A DNA stretch of 64,000 nucleotides. Source: Macrostomum hystrix. Its lineage: Eukaryota; Animalia; Platyhelminthes. A model generated the notes under the pieces. It was not told the origin of the DNA, searched no databases, and saw nothing but the letters and a program-made list of their open reading frames with translations. Positions 13,688-25,965 of the stretch are shown piece after piece. The stretch covers positions 3,162,001-3,226,000 of the forward strand of contig CATNEN010000005.1 of assembly GCA_950097015.1 (NCBI GenBank). The letters are read 5' to 3'. The first letter of the stretch is position 1. Every line of letters begins with the position of its first letter. The translations under genes and the position numbers were made by a program.

Positions 13688-14635
13688 ATGAACCTAAAGG
13701 ACGCGTTTCGCCTCGCCCTGACGGTGTTCCTCAGTTTAGCTCTGATCCTCGACGCCATGTTCCTCGTGTTCAGCTTCAGGCGCAAGATTGGCACCAAATT
13801 GTGCACGCGTTTGCTGCGCAGTCAGACCGTACTCGATTGCAGCCTGATGATTGTCAACCTGACAGCCATCCAATATTTCTCGCTGCTGCCGCTGCCACCG
13901 CAGAGCCTCCCAGACTGGCTGTGGCTGCTCTACTGCAAGCTCATCAGAAGCCAAGCTCTGCACTTCTCTCTGGTGAGCATGAGTGTCTACAACCTCGTCT
14001 GCATCGCCATCGAGCGATGCTGCTGTCTGTGCGCTCCGTTCTGGTACCGCCACCGCAAGACACTGCTCCTGAAGCTGTTCTGCATCCTGCTGATCGCATC
14101 ACCATCCTTTGTCGAGTTCCCGTTCTGCTGGATTGTTACATCGTTTGTCAAGACTCCGATTGAGAACAGCACCGAGCTGAGAAAGTTTTGCAAGGTTAAT
14201 TACTCTGAGCATGATCCCACAATGCTGAAGGCGTTCGGCATCTCCTACGTGGTTTTGTTCTGGGCTCTGCCCTCCGTGTTGTCGGTGGCTCTCTACCTGG
14301 TCATCCTCCGCACCATTCGTCAGTCGACTGCGCTCAGGATGGCATCGACTGGCACGGTGGATGTCGGCGTCAGGAAGGTGACCGACGCTACCAGGAGGCT
14401 CACGCTGATGACCGGAGTGACGAGCGGCGCCTTCGTACTTTTGTTCGCCATGGACTCCGTGAACTACTTCCTGCTGTGCTTGGGCGTGTCCGTTGAGAAG
14501 GGCGGCTTCATTGACAGCCTCGACTCGTTCTTGTTGAACCTGAACAGCGCCATCAACCCGCTGCTGTACCTGGTCTTCATGCCCGAGTTTCGAAGCTTCG
14601 TCACCTGCTCACTGGCCAGAACGACTGGGAAGTGA
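13688..14635 (+). CDS. Intronless rhodopsin-class (class A) GPCR, copy 1
   Basis: Seven hydrophobic segments, IAIERC (DRY-equivalent) and LNSAINPLLY (NPxxY). ATG taken at 13688 by alignment to copy 2. Confidence 0.9.
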   Translation: MNLKDAFRLALTVFLSLALILDAMFLVFSFRRKIGTKLCTRLLRSQTVLDCSLMIVNLTAIQYFSLLPLPPQSLPDWLWLLYCKLIRSQALHFSLVSMSVYNLVCIAIERCCCLCAPFWYRHRKTLLLKLFCILLIASPSFVEFPFCWIVTSFVKTPIENSTELRKFCKVNYSEHDPTMLKAFGISYVVLFWALPSVLSVALYLVILRTIRQSTALRMASTGTVDVGVRKVTDATRRLTLMTGVTSGAFVLLFAMDSVNYFLLCLGVSVEKGGFIDSLDSFLLNLNSAINPLLYLVFMPEFRSFVTCSLARTTGK

Positions 14636-14903
14636 AGGTCACGTCCTCAAATGGACTGCTACTGATGCAATCAAGAGCTCTGTGCGCTGTGTGATTTGTC
14701 TTTGGTCGTTTTTAGTGATAATTTGTTATCTTTTTATGATATTCTGGGATATTTGTACGGAAATTGTATCCTTATTCACTGAGACAAATCTAAGTCGCAT
14801 ATTAATGCTACCTAAGTAATTTTTTTCTTGGTTTACAAGCTCACTTTTGCTTCTTGTTTAGGTTTTGTGGCTTCTAGTCACGGTTGGTCCTAACTATGTT
14901 AAA

Positions 14904-15212
14904 AGGGGTGAGTGGCAGAGTGGTCTAACAAATTTGCCTCTCGCACCAAGGTCCCTGAGTTCGATTCCGCGGCGAGGCCACATTCATTTGGGGCGCAGCC
15001 GCGGAGAGAAGGCTTTGGACTTGTCGTGCAAATTACGACCTTACGGGCCAACCTCCTAGGCACAGTGAAGGTGTACACTGCCTGACGATGAAAAAGTCAC
15101 ACAGGTGTACACGGTATCTGTGTGCGTATGTGCTCAGGAGTCAGCAAAATGGACAGACTGGCTGTGGGTCTAGTGTCACCAAAGAATGTGCCATTGCCTG
15201 CAGCCCTCCTGC
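14904..15212 (+). mobile_element. tRNA-derived SINE family A
   Basis: A-box TGGCAGAGTGG, B-box GAGTTCGATTCC, and body GGGGCGCAGCCGCGGAGAGAAGGC...GCAGCCCTCCTGC shared with seven other copies. Confidence 0.88.
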
Positions 15213-16619
15213 TTGGCACGATACTGATGTTAGTCGAACATGTTGTGTTTTCTTGAACATTTTCCGTATGTATTCTACCCATCTCTCTATTATCTATTTC
15301 CAATTCTGATAATCACATTCTCTGATTTGGTAGTTTAACGTTAACCAACTTTTGCTTGTCATCAATCAGCTAATAACAATAACTTTCCTGTTAGCATCCT
15401 GTCCTGTCCTATCCTGTCCTATTTTTAATTGATTACTATATATGCCGTATTACTGATCGACTTTTGGTCGCAGTCTGTCTGAGTCGTGTGGTCGTTTGAA
15501 AGATAAGCCAAACCTTTTCAGGAGGTTATTGCCCTGAACGATAACTACAAATAAAAACCATTAGGGATATTCATGGGATATGCCAACATGGCCTGATGTG
15601 AACCTGGTGACTAGGGCTACGAAAATTCGTTAGAAAAAGGAGTGAGTGAGTTGTTCTGGCCAAGAAAAACTGAAGTGATTATTTGAGCGCGCACACACAC
15701 GTGACGATAAATTCAAGTCAGTTCGTTAGTTCCGGTTTTGTTTGCTTTCGAGGTAAACGGCAGTTTTCATTTCCATTGTGAGCCGTGCAATAGAGGGCAA
15801 ATACCATTTGGTTTCATCTGCTATTGGTTTTGTTAACTTTTTAAAGGCAGCAGTTTGGATTGAGCATACGCTGAGATGTTTAGGTTCTGGATTACTGAAT
15901 TGAAGAGCAATCAGCAGTGGAAATTAAATAAATTGTTTGTATAAGAACTGTAGTCGAGTGCTCTTCTTGCGTAATTTGAGTTCATAATGACGGGAATTGC
16001 CCTTTTGTTTTAATTAATCGTCAAAGTTTATCTACCCGCAATAATCTAAGTGACCTGCGAGAACGTTTCGTTTTTCCCAACCCTAATTCTATTGCCTGAG
16101 CAGTTAATGACTGACGTACTGGTGAAAAACTGGGTACAATTGTCTTTAGTTACGATTGGGAATTTAATACTTCCTTTCATCGTCAAGCTCAGTAAATTAT
16201 CAGTATTTAATGCCAAATCCCCTTTCATCTAATATCAGGGACTCTAGATAGATAGACAGACACAGGAGCTAATAAATAAGCTCTCGAGGAACAGACGGGA
16301 GGGGCAGGCAGCAGTGGCTGTAACACACTAAAAGTGGGGAACGAACCTCGCGCTGGCAGACCGAGACCGTTTTCTGGCTTGTTTGCCTTCGTCAGTCAGC
16401 CATAGCCACACGCAGTCCTCTCCCACCACTCTTAGTGTGCACAGAAGTCTCTTTTAAGCTTGCCATTTTATGGCGATATTTTTTAGTGTTATGTGAGAGT
16501 TTTGCAGCCAAGTCTTTGCTTTTCTACTGTTGTCAGTAGTCTGAATTGTATCTCTCACAGTGGCCTGGGGGCTGTGACCCAGCGCCTGCAAGCAAGTCAT
16601 TAAACAGTCAGTCAGCGTC

Positions 16620-17545
16620 ACAGGTCGTCCTTGGCCTCGGCGCTTCCGCTCCTTCGACTGGTGCAGGAGGGCCAGGGCCAAAGGGACTCCAAAGTCGTCT
16701 CCAGAGCGGCTTCCGACCGGGCAGGTCCACAACAGAGCAGGTCGCAAACATCCATTTCGTTATCGAAGCCTGCAAGACGCGCCTTCGCGCCGTTTCGATT
16801 GTCTTTGTTGATTTCCGCAAGGCAGGCCTGCAGACTAGGCGTTCAGGCCTGCGATCGCGTGGTTGCTCTCTTACTGTAGCGTTCCCCCTGCACTGGTAGC
16901 TGCAGTAATGGATCTGTACAGCGATTCCAGGGCGTTTGTCCAGACAGCGACGGCCCGACTGAGGAGATCAGCACAACCTCTTGAGTCCTCCCCTCCACTT
17001 GGTCCCACGTCGAAGCTCCCGACACCCTGCTGTTCCGCTGCCTGCTCTCGCGTATGCCGATGACATCGCGCTTCGTATGTTGCTGCTGACGGCTGCTGTC
17101 GTGACCCAGCTGCTGCCCAACGCGCTCTTTCCCGGCTCTGTGAGGAGGGCGCCCGGGTACGGCTGATGGTTAACGCGCGCAAGACTGAGGTGCTGTCTGT
17201 GACAGGAGGAATCAGGCCTGGCGCGCGGCGCACCTGCTCAGGAACGTCTTTAACTCGGCTGCGAGGGACGGCCTGAAGTGCGCCTCTTCCGCGTGGCCGT
17301 GGAAGCAATCCTTCTGTACTGCATGGAAGCGGTGCCGTTGACTGACAGACACGAGAGCGAGCCCCGGACGCGCTCTGCAGGTCCCTGCTGCGCTACGCCC
17401 TGGGCGTGCACTACCCCGAGAGGTTGCCGTCCAGAGACCTGATGGCCCACGCCGGCGTTCCTGACCTGAGCGTCACCCTCCGCCGGCGCCGCCAAATGCT
17501 GCTGGGCCACGGCCTGCGGAGTCATGGCCGCGGCGACCAAGAGAC
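16620..17545 (+). mobile_element. Degenerate, internally deleted non-LTR retrotransposon (RTE-like) reverse transcriptase remnant
   Basis: QSGFRPGRSTTEQV...VSIVFVDFRKA, VPPALVAAVMDLY, LAYADDIAL (YADD at 17053-17064) and LMVNARKTEVL occur in shifting frames. The clade assignment is tentative. Confidence 0.88.
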
Positions 17546-18130
17546 TCTAGCAGGTGATCATTCAAGGTATTAAAAAAAGGAAAAGTTTTTTGAGTTCTCA
17601 TTCAGCGTCGATAACGTCTTGACTAAATTTTTCGTTCTAAAAGTACGAGCGTAGCATGCAAATTTTCATGACACCGTTGCTGACGACTCGCATTTTGATG
17701 GCCCGAAAGTCCTCAGTTAGGCGGTCAATTTAATATGAATTGCCGCTGAGTATACTGACCAACTGACAGCTCAAATCTGGGTTGCCTCGCAACAAGGATT
17801 AATCAAAAGCTCTAAGCTTATGTTTACACGCGCGATTAGTTTAAAAAAAATGGAGCCTAATTTGAACCTCGCGAAACCTTGAACAAACGAATCAAGTGGT
17901 GCTTAAATTTGCTTTCGGTGTAAATATGTTAATAACTCAGCGAATCTATAACACTAGAAGCGCTCTTGACATGCATATCACACAAATCAAAGCTTGCAAC
18001 CATGGCGACCAAACACCATAATAGTTAGACAGTCGATTGGAAGAGGGCAGAGCAGCAAAATTTGTCCGGGACTTGGCACATCAAATCTGACCCATTCAGG
18101 CTCTGAAATTCAAGTAAAACTCCCAACCGA

Positions 18131-19078
18131 ATGGACTTAAATGACGCGTTTCGCCTCGCCCTGACGGTGTTCCTCAGTTTAGCTCTGATCCTCGACGCCA
18201 TGTTCCTCGTGTTCAGCTTCAGGCACAAGATTGGCACCAAATTGTGCACGCGGTTGCTGCGCAGTCAGGCATTCATCAACTGCTCCGTCATGATTGTCAA
18301 CCTGACGACCATTCAATATTTCTCGCTGCTGCCGCTGCCACCGCAGAGCCTCCCAGACTGGCTGTGGCTGCTCTACTGCAAGCTCATCAAAAGCGAAGGC
18401 TTGCATTGGTCTCTGGTGAGCATGAGTGTCTACAACCTCGTCTGCATCGTCATCGAGCGATGCTGCTGTCTGTGCGCTCCGTTCTGGTACCGCCGACGCA
18501 AGACACTGCTCCTGAAGCTGTTCTGCATGCTGCTGATCGCATCGCCATTTATCGTGCAGTTTCCGTTTCGCTGGATCACAACTTTTTTGGGCTACGAACC
18601 GGCTAATAACAGCACCGAGCTGAGAAAGTTTTGCAAGGTTAATTACTCTGAGCATGATCCCACAATGCTGAAGGCGTTCGGCATCTCCTACGTGGTTTTG
18701 TTCTGGGCTCTGCCCACCGTGTTGTCGGTGGCTCTCTACCAGGTCATCCTCCGCACCATTCGTCAGTCGACTGCGCTCAGGATGGCATCGACTGGCACGG
18801 TGGATGTCGGCGTCAGGAAGGTGACCGACGCTACCAGGAGGCTCACGCTGATGACCGGAGTGACGAGCGGCGCCTTCGTGCTTTTGTTCGCCATGGACTC
18901 CGTGAACTACTTCCTGCTGTGCTTGGGCGTGTCTGTTGAGAAGGGCGGCTTCATTGACAGCCTCGACTCGTTCTTGTTGAACCTTAACAGCGCCATCAAC
19001 CCGCTGCTGTACCTGGTCTTCATGCCCGAGTTTCGAAGCTTTGTCACCTGCTCACTGGCCAGAACGACTGGGAAATGA
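18131..19078 (+). CDS. Intronless rhodopsin-class GPCR, copy 2
   Basis: 315-aa ORF, paralog of copy 1; IVIERC and NPLLY motifs. Confidence 0.9.
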   Translation: MDLNDAFRLALTVFLSLALILDAMFLVFSFRHKIGTKLCTRLLRSQAFINCSVMIVNLTTIQYFSLLPLPPQSLPDWLWLLYCKLIKSEGLHWSLVSMSVYNLVCIVIERCCCLCAPFWYRRRKTLLLKLFCMLLIASPFIVQFPFRWITTFLGYEPANNSTELRKFCKVNYSEHDPTMLKAFGISYVVLFWALPTVLSVALYQVILRTIRQSTALRMASTGTVDVGVRKVTDATRRLTLMTGVTSGAFVLLFAMDSVNYFLLCLGVSVEKGGFIDSLDSFLLNLNSAINPLLYLVFMPEFRSFVTCSLARTTGK

Positions 19079-19564
19079 AATGATTTTTCCAAACCAAAGT
19101 TCACCCTTCCGAGAAGTTTAGCAGTCGTATGGTCGTAATTCTTCTGTTATGAAATTTCCTAAATCTTTACCACTAATGTTCTGCCCTACCATATTGTCCT
19201 GAATTATTACAAGCATGTGATTATAATTTTTTCAATGCACTTGCCCTAACTCGTTTCTATGAGAAAGTGCACTTTAAATAAAAAGAAAACGTCTAATGAT
19301 TGTACTATTTTTAGTTTTTTTGCGAGATTTAATATAAAAAGCTGTGAGTCCTACAAACGGTTCTAAAGCGATGTCTCTTGCAGGATGTCTATGGCAAAAG
19401 TACAAGCACAACGCACTGTACAATTTGGGTGGAATAATCATCTACGAAGCGTCTAAAGCGTAAAAAAGCTTGAAAGGGTTGTCAATAAATTGCCTTATAC
19501 AAGTTATAGTTTGCTGTAAACCATACTTAGCTGCTATTTTATAAGCAACCAATTGAGCAACAGG

Positions 19565-21150
19565 ATGTCCAAAAACAAGAAGAAGGATGATAAGCAGACT
19601 GAGGGATTCACAGAGTCTTCCCTGCCAAAGCACGCCGACGGAACTCTCCTAATGGAAGCGTTCTATTCCTATCTGCCCAATGGAAAGTACAAGGATGAGA
19701 TGGAAAAGTACACTGACCTTGATGTGCTATTCGGCAAGCTGAAGTACAACTCCTTCTTCAATAAGGGTCCAGAGTCTGAATTTTTACGAGGCTCCTACAC
19801 AGAGAAGAAGCACACCTTCCAGGCCAACCAGTGAGTCCTTTGTTGAACTTTGCTGCTGGTTAAGACGACCAGAACGTCGGGCATCAATGCTAGCCAGACA
19901 GTAAATTTTACGAAGCTTAATTTTCGTTCAACATTTTTAGTGAAACCTATAACGTTTTCCAGACTAAAAATCGTATGGGGAAACGACTCAGAGGAGGACG
20001 AAATTAACGCCTACAGAATCATTGTGCTACTAATCCTAGTCCGTTTCTCCCTGTTGCATCACAAATCCTGCGAAGAGGTGCCAGCCCCTGCGTACGTCAT
20101 GACTGACATTCACGGCCAGTTCAGCGACCTGTTGCGCTGGTTCTTCAAGACTGGCGGACCCGAGCAGCACAATTTTAATTTTGTTTGCACCGGCGACATG
20201 GTTGACCGAGGCCTTCATCAGATTGAGACAGTCTGCCTGTTTCTCTACTACAAGCTCAAATTCCCAACCAGGGTTTTCATTTTGAGAGGCAATCACGAGG
20301 ACTTTGATCTCCACGAGACCTATGGCTTTCTGCCCGAGTGCAATGAGCGATTCATAAGTGAGTTTGACTGCTATTTTTTTTTCAAGTCAATGATAATTGA
20401 ACTCCCTCAACTTTCTCATCGCAATCCCTCACCTCAGAGAACGCGGTTGACCCTGGACATCAGAAACTGGCTAAAAACATATGGTACATGTTCATCCACG
20501 TGTTTGACTACCTTCCAACCGTTTGCATTGTTGAGAAAAAGTTCATGTGTGTCCATGGCGGCCTCAGTCCCTACCTGTCCTACTGCCAGGTCTGCATGCG
20601 CAACGGCGATCCACTGAAGGTGCTGGAAACCTGCACAAAACACAAAAACTCCAATCCGGTCGACCAGTTGATATCCACCATCAATTTCAAGGTGAGAACT
20701 CCCATCCAGGTGGGCAAGAACTACGTACAACCGGCCGACATTCCGAAGATCTCGAAGATGAAGGATCTGGACAAGTACACCAGCGTATTCGCTGATCTCA
20801 TCTGGTCGGATCCAAAATCATTTGGCGGAGTGCACATGAGCCCGACGGATGCCAACTGGATGTCGCATAAAGGCTGGACTGAGAACAAGCCGCGTCAGAT
20901 CTCCTTCGAGTTCGGCACTGATGTTATTGAGAAGTTTATCACGCAGTTTAGCTTGACAACGCTGGTTCGGGGACACGAGCCCAAAGTACAGGGCTACGAG
21001 TGGCACTACATGAAGCGTTGCATCACGGTGTTCAGCGCGCCAAACTACACCAAGAGCAACGACGCGGCCATCGCTATGATCACCGAGAAGAAGGAAGGCA
21101 ACTCTAGAAAGCTGCGATTGGATCCCATTCAGCTGGTGAAGACTGGTTGA
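19565..21150 (+). CDS. Divergent PP1-like PPP Ser/Thr phosphatase; exons 19565-19830, 19963-20357, 20438-21150
   Basis: PPP motifs TDIHGQ, GDMVDRG, LRGNHE, VHGGLSP, DLIWSDP, RGHE and FSAPNY. GTGAGT donors give consistent phases. Confidence 0.9.
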
Positions 21151-21384
21151 ATAAGCAACTTGGCGACTATTAGACAAATTTTAAGTTGCCTGCTCAAGAC
21201 ATTGTGCGCCATTTTGTCTATTTTTGCACGAAAAGCAATCCAAAAGGAAATAAACTTCTTTGAAAATAATTTTAAACTCTAAACAGCTCAGCTGTAGACT
21301 CTGAGTGCCTGAGATTAATTAAAAATGTGCGCTGGTTCAGTTTTGCACTTAATTTTGGCAGTGATTATTTGCTCAGGTTGAAGC

Positions 21385-21730
21385 CTGATGAAGGTCGGGG
21401 GTTCGATTCCCGACACCACTGAAACAATTTGTGTCCTTTAGCAAGACACTTCACTCTGCATTGCTTCAGTTCACCCATCTGTGAACTGGGTACCAGCATT
21501 AGCTGGGGTAATTAAGGGTGGGTGTGGCGTCCCCCCAGTCCATGGACTGAACAGCCGTACGCATCCTTCAGATGCGCCGCGCAATAGCTGCAGCTATGCT
21601 TTCGGCTGCACATTCGGCTGAATAACCATTCCTAGTGGTTAGAATGTCGGACGCAGGACTTAAAAATCTGGAGTTCGAGTCTCGATAACACTGGAATAAT
21701 TTGAGTCTGATAGCCAGAGACTTGACTCTA
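21385..21730 (+). mobile_element. SINE family B copy (21385-21625) followed by a second degenerate head (21630-21730)
   Basis: GGTTCGATTCCCGA...GTGTCCTTTAGCAAGACACTTCAC...GGGTACCAGC...GGCGTCCCCCCAGTCCATGGACTG; then TAGTGGTTAGAATGTCGGAC...GAGTTCGAGTC. Confidence 0.75.
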
Positions 21731-22092
21731 TTCTACAGCTTTTCACATTCAGAGTTTTAAAATGTCAAGTTTCGGACCACGACTTGTATGTACATGGAAA
21801 TACAATTCTATTTCAAGTTCAATTGATTGCACATTTTATGCTGTTCCAATTTAATAATTCAATGGGGTTCTTTCTGCACGATGCTTTCCTATTGACTGCA
21901 AGCAAACACTGCCACCTGAAGGACTATTACTTCATACTAAACACTCGAGAGGCGGTGAGTTGTAAATGCATCTAACTCATTTACAGTACAACATATACTA
22001 ATTGAATTCTGTCTCCTTCAAATCGTCATATATCCCAATCAAACACGAACCGCTGCAAAGACTGCTGTCTGTGCGCACTTTTCCACTACAGC

Positions 22093-22980
22093 TTGAACGC
22101 CATGTTCCTCGTGTTCAGCTTCAGGCGCAAGATTGGCACCAAATTGTGCACGCGTTTGCTGCGCAGTCAGACCGTAATCGATTGCAGCCTGATGATTGTC
22201 TACCTGACAGCCATCCAATATTTCTCGCTCCTGCCGCTGCCACCGCAGAGCCTCCCAGACTGGCTGTGGCTGCTCTACTGCAAGCTCATCAGAAGCCAAG
22301 CTCTGCACTTCTCTCTGGTGAGCATGAGTGTCTACAACCTCGTCTGCATCGCCATCGAGCGATGCTGCTGTCTGTGCGCTCCGTTCTGGTACCGCCGACG
22401 CAAGACACTGCTCCTGAAGCTGTTCTGCATCCTGCTGATCGCATCACCATCCTTTGTCGAGTTCCCGTTCTGCTGGATTGTCACGTCGTTTGTCAAGACT
22501 CCGATTGAGAACAGCACCGAGCTGAGAAAGTTTTGCAAGGTTAATTACTCTGAGCATGATCCCACAATGCTGAAGGCGTTCGGCATCTCCTACGTGGTTT
22601 TGTTCTGGGCTCTGCCCTCCGTGTTGTCGGTGGCTCTCTACCTGGTCATCCTCCGCACCATTCGTCAGTCGACTGCGCTCAGGATGGCATCGACTGGCAC
22701 GCTGGATGTCGGCGTCAGGAAGGTGACCGACGCTACCAGGAGGCTCACGCTGATGACCGGAGTGACGAGCGGCGCCTTCGTGCTTTTGTTCGCCATGGAC
22801 TCCGTGAACTACTTCCTGCTGTGCTTGGGCGTGTCTGTTGAGAAGGGCGGCTTCATTGACAGCCTCGACTCGTTCTTGTTGAACCTTAACAGCGCCATCA
22901 ACCCGCTGCTGTACCTGGTCTTCATGCCCGAGTTTCGAAGCTTCGTCACCTGCTCACTGGCCAGAACGACTGGGAAGTGA
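22093..22980 (+). pseudogene. GPCR copy 3, lacking the first about 20 codons (half of TM1); truncated gene or pseudogene
   Basis: Homology to copy 1 starts abruptly at 22093; the frame is otherwise intact and about 100 bp of 3' flank is shared with copy 1. Confidence 0.65.
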
Positions 22981-23124
22981 AGGTCACGTCCTCAAATGGA
23001 CTGCTACTGATGCAATCAAGAGCTCTGTGCGCTGTGTGATTTGGCTTTGTTCGTTTTTAGTGATAATTTGTTTTTCCTATTGGCGTATTCTGGGATACCC
23101 CCAACTGGCATCTGGCGTACCCAA

Positions 23125-23590
23125 GTTACTGACATATTCCAGGTCAGGGAAATGTATTAACTGACACATTCCAGGTCAGGGAAATGTATTAACTGACACA
23201 TTCTTGGTCAGGGAAATGTATTAACTGACATATTCCAGGTCAGGGAAATGTTTTTACTGACACATTCTTGGTCAGGGAAATGTATTAACTGACACATTCT
23301 TGGTCAGGGACATCTATTAACTGACACATTCTTGGTCAGGGACATGTATTAACTGACATATTCTTGGTCAGGGAAATGTATTAACTGACACATTCTTGGT
23401 CAGGGAAATGTATTAACTGACACATTCTAGGTCAGGGAAATGTATTAACTGACACATTCTTGGTCAGGGAAATGTATTAACTGACAAATTAATGGTCAGG
23501 GAAATGTATTAACTGACACATTCTTGGTCAGGGACATGTATTAACTGACACCTTCTTGGTCAGGGAAATGTATTAACTGACACATTTAAG
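23125..23590. repeat. 32-bp minisatellite (GTATTAACTGACACATTCTTGGTCAGGGAAAT)n
   Basis: About 14 tandem units. Confidence 0.93.
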
Positions 23591-24299
23591 GAGTCAGAGA
23601 CACAAAGCAAAATGATCAACAATGAAGACTGTACACAGTGCTACAGTTTCTGAATGAATAATAGTAGAATATTAAGAGTGTCGATTTCGTCAGTTGTTTC
23701 CCCCCAAAAATTTATTAGCCCAAGAACATAATAATTGATAGATCCCATTTATTGCAGGTGAACGAATAACTGAATGTTATGAAACTCACATCTAAGCTTG
23801 ATTAGAAAATCGTGTAAAGAATGAAGCAAAAAATAAAACTGGTGAAATTGAAAGGAAAAAGACGAACAGAGTTCATTAAAAACACCTGCGAAGCAAATGA
23901 GGTCTAGATAAAGCTTGACAATGACTGTCTACAAAAATCGAATCTTTGCGTGAAACAAGAATTGATTACTTAAGATAACTTATTTAACAGGTTATTTTGC
24001 AAATATGCAATATTAATATAGATGAAGCTGGATGCGATAAGAAATGATAAAGAAAATCAATAATAGAATCAGTTGCACATCTAATAATACACGGACATAC
24101 AACAATATATTGGCAAATTCATTTCACCAAAATCCAATTTAAGCAAACAAACTGGTTATTAGATTTTATTCACAATGCTTCTAAAAATCAGTTCGTTGAA
24201 GGGCTTGTACAACCAGAATTAGGCCGTAAAAATGTATTTTAGACCCACGAACTTTAGAGATTCACTTCTATTTATTTCTGGCAAAGGAACCAAAATAAA

Positions 24300-25395
24300 C
24301 GTCAGGGCTTCCACTGACGGTTCAGGACACAGCTTCCACTGACGGTTCAGGACACAGCATCCACTGACGGTTCAGGACACAGCATCTACTGACGGTTCAG
24401 GACACAGCATCTACTGACGGTTCAGGACACAGCATCCACTGACGGTTCAGGACACAGCATCTACTGACGGTTCAGGACACAGCATCTACTGACGGTTCAG
24501 GACACAGCATCCACTGATGGTTCAGGACACAGCATCCACTGACGGTTCAGGACACAGCATCCACTGACGGTTCAGGACACAGCATCCACTGACGGTTCAG
24601 GACACAGCATCCACTGACGGTTCAGGACACAGCATCCACTGACGGTTCAGGACACAGCATCCACTGACGGTTCAGGACACAGCATCCACTGACGGTTCAG
24701 GACACAGCATCTACTGACGGTTCAGGACACAGCATCCACTGACGGTTCAGGACAAAGCATCCACTGACGGTTCAGGACACAGCATCTACTGAAGGTTCAG
24801 GACACAGCATCCACTGACGGTTCAGGACACAGCATCCACTGACGGTTCAGGACACAGCATCCACTGACGGTTCAGGACACAGCATCCACTGACGGTTCAG
24901 GACACAGCATCCACTGACGGTTCAGGACAAAGCATCTACTGAAGGTTCAGGACAAAGCATCTACTGAAGGTTCAGGACAAAGCATCTACTGAAGGTTCAG
25001 GACACAGCATCCACTGACGGTTCAGGACAAAGCATCCACTGACGGTTCAGGACACAGCATCTACTGACGGTTCAGGACACAGCATCCACTGACGGTTCAG
25101 GACAAAGCATCTACTGAAGGTTCAGGACAAAGCATCTACTGAAGGTTCAGGACAAAGCATCTACTGAAGGTTCAGGACACAGCATCCACTGACGGTTCAG
25201 GACAAAGCATCCACTGACGGTTCAGGACACAGCATCTACTGACGGTTCAGGACACAGCATCCACTGAAGGTTCAGGACAAAGCATCCACTGAAGGTTCAG
25301 GACACAGCATCCACTGATGGTTCAGGACAAAGCATCCACTGATGGTTCAGGACAAAGCATCTACTGAAGGTTCAGGACACAGCATGCACTGAAGG
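24300..25395. repeat. 25-bp minisatellite (ACAGCATCCACTGACGGTTCAGGAC)n
   Basis: About 43 tandem units. Confidence 0.95.
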
Positions 25396-25965
25396 TGTGA
25401 GAAATCTCATACACTGAAGTTCATAGTATTATGTAACTACTATTATCACTATACGATGAACATGAAACAAGAACGGGGATTTTAAAGCTAAAAATATGAA
25501 ACCGGATAATTCACAAGCATACAGCTGGGTAACAGATAAGAGTTGCTCGACATGGCCAGAAACAAATTACTTTTTTTGCAGCACTTTTTAATTAAGACAC
25601 GCTGGTCAGAAGGAAAGAAGTGTGCATAATTTTTATAGCGAGATAAAAAATAGCCTTATTTAATGAGGCAATATAGTTCAGAACATAACAAAAGTGCGTG
25701 CATAGGTGATAAAATCAAAAAAAACTATACAAATTCTCTTTAAAAAAAACCAAGTCGTGACAATGCACTTACTATGCTACTGACGCACAAATGAGTAGTA
25801 AATCAGTTTTTATTGTTTAAAAAAGTGATAAAACATTATTATTATTGATTATTTCGAACTGAAATCGAAGCACTTCAATAAAAAAATTTAAGACAAATTC
25901 TCGACCACACAAGTCTATAGATATCGTTGCAACAATTAAAGCGACGGCCCAGATATACATTTTTT

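Noticed and set aside
21377-21442. Hammerhead-like CTGATGA...GAAAC...GTC arrangement
   Set aside because: Stem II base and the first stem I pair are mismatched, and CTGATGA is absent from the other copies of the same SINE (520, 4850); it arises at a truncation junction.
23600-25600. Minus-strand micro-exon gene between the 32-bp and 25-bp arrays
   Set aside because: Candidate exons (e.g. MSSNSYLLPS at about 25520-25555) hit stop codons in every join I tried.
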